Positions 54,727-64,000 of a stretch of DNA of 64,000 bases are shown piece by piece. The number at the start of each line of letters is the position of its first letter. Within the stretch, counting starts at the first letter, position 1. The position numbers and the translations under genes are program-made. A model generated the notes under the pieces. The model saw only the letters and a program-made list of their open reading frames with translations. It searched no databases and had not been told where the DNA came from. The DNA comes from Macrostomum lignano (taxonomy: Eukaryota): positions 372,001-436,000 of the forward strand of contig NIVC01000094.1 in NCBI GenBank assembly GCA_002269645.1. Reading direction: 5' to 3'.

Positions 54727-55119
54727 TTAGCTCTAGTGAATGTTTTATTCAACTTTCGATACACTTCGGCAGTTCGCATCGCTTTCCTTTTCAAATTTTG
54801 CTCCAATTAAAACTGATGCATTTGCTCATCTGTTCTATAGCGTAGCCTATTCTCTTGCGTAAATGCTGACATTTCTACTTACAGTAGGAACATTTGCGCA
54901 TCTGTTTGTAAAAAAGCTATTATATTGTATCGAATCCAGTTGCTGATACTAAAAGAATTTGACTTAAAAAAAAGAAGCTGCAGCAATCGCCTCTGGCGTT
55001 TTACAAGCAGATCAATTAAATTTGCATCCTCATATTGTTTTTTACCCCAGGCTGCCTCAGATTCGGAATTGCAATGCGTGTACCCCAGCCCCAAGCCAGG
55101 CCGATAAACAGTTAGGCTT

Positions 55120-55705
55120 ACTGCTTACTGCTCTCTCATTGGCTGAGCTAGATTAGGCCTGCCCCTAGGCGAAGTTTCGTCCGTCTGACTGATCTTTCTC
55201 TCCTTACTGCTCTCTCATAAGCTGAGCTAGATTAGGCCTGCCCCTAGGCGAAGTTTCGTCTGTCTGACTGTGACCTCTCTCCTTACTCATCTCTCATTGG
55301 CTGAGTTAGATTAGGCCTGCCCCTAGGCGAAGTTTCGTCCGTCTGGCTGATCTTTCTCTCCTTACTGCTCTCTCATAGGCTGAGCTAGATTAGGCCTGCC
55401 CCTAGGCGAAGTTTCGTCTGTCTGACTGTGACCTCTCTCCTTACTCATCTCTCATTGGCTGAGCTAGATTAGGCCTGCCCCTAGGCGAAGTTTCGTCCGT
55501 CTGGCTGATCTTTCTTTCCTTACTGCTCTCTCATAGGCTGAGCTAGATTAGGCCTGCCCCTAGGCGAAGTTTCGTCTGTCTGACTGTGACCTCTCTCCTT
55601 ACTCATCTCTCATTGGCTGAGCTAGATTAAGCCTGCCCCTAGGCGAAGTTTCGTCCGCCTGACTGATCTTTCTCTCCTTACTGCTCTCTCATTGGCTGAG
55701 CTAAA
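55120..55705. repeat. 79-bp tandem repeat with alternating A/B variants
   Basis: GCTGAGCTAGATTAGGCCTGCCCCTAGGCGAAGTTTCGTC recurs every 79 bp (~7 copies). Confidence 0.92.
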
Positions 55706-56414
55706 CTGGGCCGCCCCCCCCCTTAGACTCGTCCGTCCTGCGTTGACTTGTGTACACCGAGTTAAATGCTTGTTGTTTATTCTTAACCCCGAAAGCTCCA
55801 GACGCCACAACCCCCCCCCCCCAGGAAGGAATGGAAATTTCAGCTGTCACATTACATTTAAGTGACAATGCGCGGAAAAACTACTGTAAAAAGAGTAGTC
55901 GCTCTGCTTTTTTCACAACTTTATTTGCGAGTGACATTTCTAGTTATTCTAGTATTTGTGATTCTAGTAGGCTAACTAACTTGTTTTTGAATGTTGGGGC
56001 AAATATATTAATATTATGCGCCCTCTTAAGCAAGTGGCATTTTTTATATTATATGTTGGCTGTGTTGCTTTTCATTATTTTTGCCCTTTTAGCCGCAGAA
56101 GTGTAGAATTAAGTAACCCTAGGTACTAATCAAAGTCGTCGCGCGGTATTTACCTGCGAGTCTCACTCACCTTAACAGTCTTGTCAGACAATGTTTTCTT
56201 TAATCCCTTTTTTGCCCCTGTTTCTCTCTCTGCCTGCCTGTTTTGATTATTAAAAACAGATTAATTCTGTCTGACCTTGCTATTTAGAGAATAGAAGAAG
56301 AGAACTGCTCTCACCTTCAGCTGGATTTATTCTTTAAAAAATTGTTTTTCAATTTTTAGTTTGTTATTCTGCAATCAGTTTGATAATAAAGGTAGAGCGG
56401 GGCTGGGCACGGAC

Positions 56415-59103
56415 AGCTTCACAATCTATAAATTACACAAACTCAAAGCTTCACAATCCATAAATTACACAAACTCAAAGCTTCACAATCTATAAATTAC
56501 ACAAACTCAAAGCTTCACAATCTATAAATTACACAAACTCAAAGCTTCACAATCTATAAATAACACAAACTCAAAGCTTCACAATCTATAAATAACACAA
56601 ACTCAAAGCTTCACAATCTATAAATAACACAAACTCAAAGCTTCACAATTTATAAATTACACAAACTCAAAGCTTCACAATCTATAAATTACACAAACTC
56701 AAAGCTTCACAATCTATAAATAACACAAGCCCAAAGATTCACAATCCATAAATTACACAAACTCAAAGCTTCACAATCCATAAATTACACAAACTCAAAG
56801 CTTCACAATCCATAAATTACACAAGCCCAAAGCTTCACAATCCATAAATTACACAAGCCCAAAGCTTCACAATCCATAAATTACACAAGCCCAAAGCTTC
56901 ACAATCCATAAATTACACAAACTCAAAGCTTCACAATCCATAAATTACACAAACTTAAAGCTTCACAATCCATAAATTACACAAACTCAAAGCTTCACAA
57001 TCCATAAATTACACAAACTCAAAGCTTCACAATCCATAAATTACACAAGCCCAAAGCTTCACAATCTATAAATAACACAAGCCCAAAGCTTCACAATCCA
57101 TAAATTACACAAACTCAAAGCTTCACAATCCATAAATTACACAAACTCAAAGCTTCACAATCCATAAATTACACAAGCCCAAAGCTTCACAATCCATAAA
57201 TTACACAAGCCCAAAGCTTCACAATCCATAAATTACACAAACTCAAAGCTTCACAATCCATAAATTACACAAACTCAAAGCTTCACAATCTATAAATTAC
57301 ACAAACTCAAAGCTTCGCAATCCACAAATTACACAAACTCAAAGCTTCACAATCTATAAATTACACAAACTCAAAGCTTCACAATCTATAAATTACACAA
57401 ACTCAAAGCTTCACAATCTATAAATAACACAAACTCAAAGCTTCACAATCTATAAATAACACAAACTCAAAGCTTCACAATCTATAAATAACACAAACTC
57501 AAAGCTTCACAATTTATAAATTACACAAACTCAAAGCTTCACAATCCATAAATTACACAAACTCAAAGCTTCACAATCTATAAATTACACAAACTCAAAG
57601 CTTCACAATCTATAAATTACACAAACTCAAAGCTTCACAATCCATAAATTACACAAACTTAAAACTTCACAATCTATAAATTACACAAACTCAAAGCTTC
57701 ACAATCTATAAATTACACAAACTCAAAGCTTCACAATCCATAAATTACACAAGCCCAAAGCTTCACAATCTACAAATTACACAAACTCAAAGCTTCACAA
57801 TTTATAAATTACACAAACTCAAAGCTTCACAATCTATAAATTACACAAACTCAAAGCTTCACAATCTATAAATTACACAAACTCAAAGCTTCACAATCTA
57901 TAAATTACACAAACTCAAAGCTTCACAATTTATAAATTACACAAACTCAAAGCTTCACAATCCATAAATTACACAAACTCAAAGCTTCACAATTTATAAA
58001 TTACACAAGCCCAAAGCTTCACAATCTACAAATTACACAAACTCAAAACTTCACAATCTATAAATTACACAAACTCAAAGCTTCACAATCTATAAATTAC
58101 ACAAACTCAAAACTTCACAATCTATAAATTACACAAACTCAAAGCTTCCCAATCTATAAATTACACAAACTCAAAGCTTCACAATTTATAAATTACACAA
58201 ACTCAAAGCTTCACAATCTATAAATTACACAAGCCCAAAGCTTCACAATCTATAAATTACACAAACTCAAAGCTTCACAATCTATAAATTACACAAACTC
58301 AAATCTTCACAATCCATAAATTACACAAACTCAAAGCTTCACAATCTATAAATTACACAAACTCAAAGCTTCACAATCTATAAATTACACAAACTCAAAG
58401 CTTCACAATCTATAAATTACACAAACTCAAAACTTCACAATCCATAAATTACACAAACTCAAAGCTTCACAATCTATAAATTACACAAACTCAAAGCTTC
58501 ACAATTTATAAATTACACAAACTCAAAGCTTCACAATCCATAAATTACACAAACTCAAAGCTTCACAATCTATAAATTACACAAACTCAAAGCTTCACAA
58601 TCTATAAATTACACAAACTCAAAGCTTCCCAATCTATAAATTACACAAACTCAAAGCTTCACAATTTATAAATTACACAAACTCAAAGCTTCACAATCTA
58701 TAAATTACACAAGCCAAAGCTTCACAATCTATAAATTACACAAACTCAAAGCTTCACAATCTATAAATTACACAAACTCAAATCTTCACAATCCATAAAT
58801 TACACAAACTCAAAGCTTCACAATCTATAAATTACACAAACTCAAAGCTTCACAATCTATAAATTACACAAACTCAAAGCTTCACAATCTATAAATTACA
58901 CAAACTCAAAACTTCACAATCCATAAATTACACAAACTCAAAGCTTCACAATCTATAAATTACACAAACTCAAAGCTTCACAATTTATAAATTACACAAA
59001 CTCAAAGCTTCACAATCTATAAATTACACAAACTCAAAGCTTCACAATCTATAAATTACACAAACTCAAAGCTTCACAATCTATAAATTACACAAACTCA
59101 AAT
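56415..59103. repeat. 32-bp satellite (CAAAGCTTCACAATCTATAAATTACACAAACT), ~2.7 kb
   Basis: Roughly 84 tandem copies (length/32). Confidence 0.98.
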
Positions 59104-59621
59104 CTGTTGTTGGGCAGGCTTTCAGTGCAGCATTGCGCGTGACTGCATGCCTAATCCCTGGCCAAGACTGTGTTTTCCTAGGCTGCTAGAAGATGGAATT
59201 GTTGATGCAATCGGATCCCGGCTTTGTCAGCCGAGATTTTTCAACAGCAACCTTATTTTTTCTTTGACTTTGATCTCCTAGCAGTTCTGCTTTTAGTGTA
59301 AAAAAACACATCGTTCTATCATTTCTGCTTTGTAAACAGTTTGTAAACTGATTAGCGATATTTTTCATCAATCTTTGTCAAGGTTCGTCTGATCTTCCTA
59401 ACCCTCTCCCCCCGTCACCTTTCTCTCGAAGACAACTTTCGAGCAGTACCTGTTTTGTTATTCCCGCAACTAATTATCTTACAGTTTGAACTTTTAAATA
59501 TCTTCTAAAGCGTTTTTCTCTTTGTTTTGTTCTCTTATTCTGAATTTAGGCTAAGGGGCACACAGTTTTTTACCTACGGGCTTAAAATTTTTACACGCTC
59601 TTCTACAATTTCACATGCTAT

Positions 59622-59840
59622 CCTACAATGTACAGCAGTCTACAATGTACACCCAGTAGCCTAAAATGTACACCCACTAGCCTACAGTGTACACCCAGTA
59701 GCCTACAATGTACACCCACTAGCCTACAATGTACACCCACTAGCCTACAATGTACACCCACTAGCCTACAATGTACACCAACTAGCCTACAATGTACACC
59801 CACTAGCCTACAATGTACACCCACTAGCCTACAATGTGCA
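59622..59840. repeat. 21-bp minisatellite (CTAGCCTACAATGTACACCCA) just upstream of MND1
   Basis: ~10 tandem copies. Confidence 0.93.
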
Positions 59841-59868
59841 CCAAATGGCACTTGCCTTTTTAGCCACC

Positions 59869-60540
59869 ATGTCCAAGAAGGGTCTCAGCTTCGAGGAGAA
59901 GCGCAATCGGATGCTGAGCTTCTTCCACGAGAAACAGGACTTCTTCCAGCTCAAGGAGGTTGAGCGGCTCTGCCACAAGGAGAAGGGCATCACCACCATG
60001 TCGGCCAAGGAGGTGCTGCAGAGCCTCGTCGACGACGGCCTGGTTGACACGGACAAGATCGGCACCTGCGTCTATTTCTGGGCCTTTCCCAGCAAGCTTG
60101 GCGAGCGGCTCCGGGCCCGCCTCCGGGCCGCCGAGGCCGCCCTGTCCGAGACCCGCGAGCAGCGCCGCCGCCTGGAGGCCGAGCTGGCCGAGGCCAAAGC
60201 CGCCGCCGCTGCCGCGGATGCAGCCGAGGGTGACAACGACGGTGAAGCCGAGCGGACTCGGCTGGCCGCCGCCCTGGCCGAGGCCGAGTCGGCGAATTCT
60301 GCGGCCGACGAGCGGCTCAAACGGTTGCGCGACTGCGACCCGGCCGCGCTGGACGGCCTGCTGGACGAGACGCGGGCCGCGTACGCCGGCGCCAACCGGT
60401 GGACGGACAACGCGTTCGCCCTGTCCGGCTGGCTGCGCGCCAAATTCCCGGCCACGGACAGCGCCGCGGTGGCCAAGCAGTTTGGCATCGCCGAGGACTT
60501 GGACTACGTGGCCAGGCCCGACCTGGCCCCCTTCGACTGA
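59869..60540 (+). CDS. MND1: Meiotic nuclear division protein 1 (223 aa, intronless CDS)
   Basis: MSKKGLSFEEKR.RML.FFHE..DFFQLKEVE....KEKGI..MS.KEVLQSLVDDGLV...KIGT..YFWAFPSK winged helix; coiled coil; DP......; ANRWTDN.F....W...KF; FGI.EDLDY. ATG in GCCACCATG context. Confidence 0.96.
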   Translation: MSKKGLSFEEKRNRMLSFFHEKQDFFQLKEVERLCHKEKGITTMSAKEVLQSLVDDGLVDTDKIGTCVYFWAFPSKLGERLRARLRAAEAALSETREQRRRLEAELAEAKAAAAAADAAEGDNDGEAERTRLAAALAEAESANSAADERLKRLRDCDPAALDGLLDETRAAYAGANRWTDNAFALSGWLRAKFPATDSAAVAKQFGIAEDLDYVARPDLAPFD

Positions 60541-60769
60541 GGCCGGGGAGGAGGGGGTGGGCGCTCCAGATCCCCTCACCTGCGGCTTTGAGCACGGCGT
60601 GTGGCGGTGACTTTTTGGTGGATTTTTCAGCAGCTCCCTGCTGTCTCTGGGACTGCATCTCTGCGCCTCCCAGCCTCTCATATGTTTAGCGTCTTCTATT
60701 CTCAATCTCCTGCTCTTAGCCTCATTCCTACTAGTATTCTCAATCTCCTCCCTCTCCTTCTCAATCCCC

Positions 60770-61715
60770 CTCTTCCTAAATCCCTCCATGTCTGCAATTC
60801 CCTCTCTCAATCCCTCCATGTCTGCAATTGCCTCTCTCAATCCCTCCATGTCTGCAATTGCCTCTCTCAATCCTTCCAGTCTGCAATTGCCTCTCTCAAT
60901 CCCTCCATGTCTGCAATTGCCTCTCTCAATCCCTCCATATCTGCAATTCCCTCTCTCAATCCCTCCATGTCTGCAATTGCCTCTCTCAATCCCTCCATGT
61001 CTGCAATTGCCTCTCTCAATCCTTCCATGTCTGCAATTCCCTCTCTCAATCCCTCCATGTCTGCAATTCCCTCTCTCAATCCTTCCATGTCTGCAATTCC
61101 CTCTCTCAATCCCTCCATGTCTGCAATTGCCTCTCTCGATCCCTCCATGTCTGCAATTCCCTCTCTCAATCCTTCCATGTCTGCAATTCCCTCTCTCAAT
61201 CCCTCCATGTCTGCAATTGCCTCTCTCGATCCCTCCATGTCTGCAATTCCCTCTCTCAATCCCTCCATGTCTGCAATTCCCTCTCTCAATCCCTCCATGT
61301 CTGCAATTGCCTCTCTCGATCCCTCCATGTCTGCTGTTCCCTCTCTCAATCTCTCCATGTCTGCAATTCCCTCTCTCAATCCCTCCATGTCTGCAATTCC
61401 CTCTCTCAATCCCTCCATGTCTGCAATTCCCTCTCTCAATCCCTCCATGTCTGCAATTGCCTCTCTCAATCCCTCCATGTCTGCAATTCCCTCTCTCGAT
61501 CCCTCCATGTCTGCAATTGCCTCTCTCGATCCCTCCATGTCTGCAATTGCCTCTCTCAATCCCTCCATGTCTGCAATTGCCTCTCTCAATCCCTCCATGT
61601 CTGCAATTGCCTCTCTCAATCCCTCCATGTCTGCAATTGCCTCTCTCAATCCCTCCATGTCTGCAATTCCCTCTCTCAATCCCTCCATGTCTGCAATTCC
61701 CTCTCTCAACCTCTC
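60770..61715. repeat. 30-bp minisatellite (CCCTCCATGTCTGCAATTGCCTCTCTCAAT)
   Basis: ~31 tandem copies between MND1 and PLEKHA8. Confidence 0.97.
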
Positions 61716-62049
61716 CCTCCGCGAATCAGCGGCCTAACTCAGTGCAGTGCTTGTTATTAATCTAGCCAGCGCATTTATTTAGCAAATTCAAAGTGGCACC
61801 TGCTAATCCACCATTTCATTCGGTGCCATTTGTTGTTTGTTGAAATCAGTTTTCAAATTTATATTTTTTGCTCGGTATTTTTACTGTCTGTTCACCCAGT
61901 TGTGAAACTCTTTAAACCCGGTTTTTCTGTTGCTTATTATTCAAATAATACCATTTTTTCTTGCTTATGTTTAACTCAAACTCAAAAAAGTCATCTCTTT
62001 AAAAACAGCTTGACAGCTTTTGTCACAGCTTATTTTCATTAGAAGCAAT

Positions 62050-62335
62050 CATTCCCTTAGCAACGGACATTCCCTTAGCAACGGACATTCCCTTAGCAAC
62101 AGCCGTTCCCTTAGAAACAGCCATTCCCTTAGCAACAGCCATTCCCTTAGCAACAGCCATTCCCTTAGCAACAACCATTCCTTTAGCAACATCCGTTCCC
62201 TTAGCAACAGCCGTTCCCTTAGCAACAGCCATTCCCTTAGCAACAACCATTCCTTTAGCAACATCCGTTCCCTTAGCAACAGCCATTCCCTTAGCAATAT
62301 CCGTCCCTTAGCAACAGACATTCCCTTAGCAACAA
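62050..62335. repeat. 18-bp minisatellite (CCCTTAGCAACAGCCATT) just upstream of PLEKHA8
   Basis: ~15 tandem copies. Confidence 0.93.
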
Positions 62336-62369
62336 AGCCAGCCAGCTTGAATTTGCCCTCAATGCGTTG

Positions 62370-63914
62370 ATGGCAGCCACCGGCTCAGAACGCGCAGCCA
62401 AGGAGGGCGGCCTGCACAAGTGGACCAACTATTTGAGCGGCTGGCAGCCCCGCTGGTTCCGCCTATCCGAAGGCAGCCAACTGTCTTATTACCTCAGCAA
62501 GGAGGAGGTCAGCTCCGGCTGCCGCGGCTCGGTGAACATCTCCGTATGCGACGTGCTGCCCAGCCAGCACGACCCCCTGCGCTTCGATCTCAGCATCCCC
62601 GGCGAGCAGCTCTGGCACCTGCGGGCCACCACACAAGCCGACAGGCAGAGCTGGATTGTCGCCATCGGCTCCTCCAAGGCTTGCGTCTCTAACGGGTCCG
62701 GCCGGCCCGATGGCGCAGCTCCCAGCGCTGCTGCTGCCGCCGCGGCCGCCTCCGTGCCCAGCATCAACGCCCGGACGATGGAGCTGATGGCGCAGAAGAA
62801 ATCGGAGCTGCGGCTCTACCACAGCCTGCTGCGCCAGCAGCTCCACGATCTCCAGTCCCAGCTGGGCGAGGGCCGAGTGCCCGATTTGGCCCAGCTCGAT
62901 GACACCACTGGCCTGCTCAACGCCACCGCTGACACCTTCGCCGTGGCGCTGGACGACTGCATTGATCTGGCCAACACCATCGGGGAGCCGGCAATGCCGG
63001 CCGCCGCCACCTCGTCGCGGCCGCTCCCGCTGCAGCACCGGCCGCTGCAACGACCGCCGTCGAAGGACTCCTCGACGCTCGCTTCGGTGCTAGCGGCGCC
63101 CACTTCGCCAATTTTCGTTGCCAACCCCGGCGAAGAGGGCGTCCTGATGCCGGTCGTCACCGACCTGTCAATCGACTCCTCCGCCTCCACTTCGTCGACC
63201 GCTTCGGAGGCCGCCGTCGACCGGCCGCCGATTCGCCGACGTCAGCCGGCCAGGAAACGCCGCATCAACACCTTCTTCAGCCTGCTGCCGGCCTCCTTCG
63301 AGGACATCCGCCTCGGCCCTGGCGGCGACGTTCCCGTCGTGCCCTTCCTGGAAGCCTGCGGCGGCCTCGTCAACCTGATTGACATCTTCGAGTCTACCGC
63401 CTTTCTGCCTGTCCGAAACGACGTCCTTGGCAACATCGGCAAGCTGCGCGCCAAGCACGACTCGCTCAGCCCGCTGGCGGCTCACGCGCTGCAGTCGCTG
63501 ATCGAGGCGGAGGTCCGGCTGGGTCACAGCGCCGATTTGAACTCGGCGTGCGTGGCTCTCCTCTGGCTGAACCGGTCCATCCTGTTCCTGCAGCTGTTCA
63601 TTTCCAAGCTTTGCGACACCGATGGCGAGGACCTGACCGAGGCCGCCACTGAGGCCTACCATGGCTCGTTGAAGCCCTACCACGGCTGGGTTGTGCGCGG
63701 CGTTTTCTCGCTGGTTATTAAGTCGTTGCCAAGCAGATCGGAGCTGCTGTGTCGGCTCGGCCGGGCCAGAACCGAGCCGGCTGCGGAGGCGGCGCAGTAT
63801 CAGGCAGCCGTGGTTGCCGACGCCAGGTGCTACGCTGGCGCTATGGCCGTGGTGACTGAGCTCATCACCAAGATGCTGATTGCGAACGGCCTGGAGTCCC
63901 AGCAGCAGATTTGA
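62370..63914 (+). CDS. PLEKHA8: PH + GLTP domain glycolipid transfer protein (FAPP2), 514 aa, intronless CDS
   Basis: N-terminal PH domain (EGGLHKWTNYLSGWQPRWF...GCRGS...RFDL.IPGEQ..HLRA....RQ.W..A.GS.KA) and C-terminal GLTP domain (TFF, DV.GNI.K, LLWLNR, AY..SL.PYHGW.VRGVF). First ATG at 62370; the track start is TTG. Confidence 0.93.
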   Translation: MAATGSERAAKEGGLHKWTNYLSGWQPRWFRLSEGSQLSYYLSKEEVSSGCRGSVNISVCDVLPSQHDPLRFDLSIPGEQLWHLRATTQADRQSWIVAIGSSKACVSNGSGRPDGAAPSAAAAAAAASVPSINARTMELMAQKKSELRLYHSLLRQQLHDLQSQLGEGRVPDLAQLDDTTGLLNATADTFAVALDDCIDLANTIGEPAMPAAATSSRPLPLQHRPLQRPPSKDSSTLASVLAAPTSPIFVANPGEEGVLMPVVTDLSIDSSASTSSTASEAAVDRPPIRRRQPARKRRINTFFSLLPASFEDIRLGPGGDVPVVPFLEACGGLVNLIDIFESTAFLPVRNDVLGNIGKLRAKHDSLSPLAAHALQSLIEAEVRLGHSADLNSACVALLWLNRSILFLQLFISKLCDTDGEDLTEAATEAYHGSLKPYHGWVVRGVFSLVIKSLPSRSELLCRLGRARTEPAAEAAQYQAAVVADARCYAGAMAVVTELITKMLIANGLESQQQI

Positions 63915-64000
63915 CGCGCTGACTGATAGGCGCCTGTGCTTTGCTCCTGCTCGGCCGGATGCGTGAGAAATTGCGTGAAACGGCGCGTTTCTGTGGAACT

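Overview
Eukaryotic, animal-type genomic DNA with GT-AG spliceosomal introns, GC-rich exons and AT-rich, repeat-filled spacers. This architecture resembles free-living flatworms such as Macrostomum, which is an inference only. I can assemble nine host protein-coding genes by hand with frame-consistent splice sites: a C2H2 zinc-finger gene, two tandem CUB + C-type-lectin + TM receptor paralogs, a 6-exon beta-catenin/armadillo gene with no recognisable N-terminal DSGxxS degron, a 3-exon orphan gene, a Na+/K+-ATPase beta subunit, INTS11, intronless MND1 and intronless PLEKHA8/FAPP2. Mobile DNA comprises three copies of a tRNA-headed CORE-like SINE, a Tc1/mariner-like foldback MITE (TA flanks), a Mutator/Foldback-like element (9-bp TSD, modular TIRs), a hAT-like MITE (8-bp TSD) nested in a SINE, and a ~4.5-kb TIR element carrying a PHD-finger ORF. 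About 30 unrelated mini/microsatellite arrays occupy 14 of 16 introns and most gene 5' flanks, and they account for most long ORFs in the track. A candidate C/D snoRNA lies in INTS11 intron 2. There is no CRISPR array or prokaryotic system. All protein and RNA family comparisons are from memory; no searches were run.
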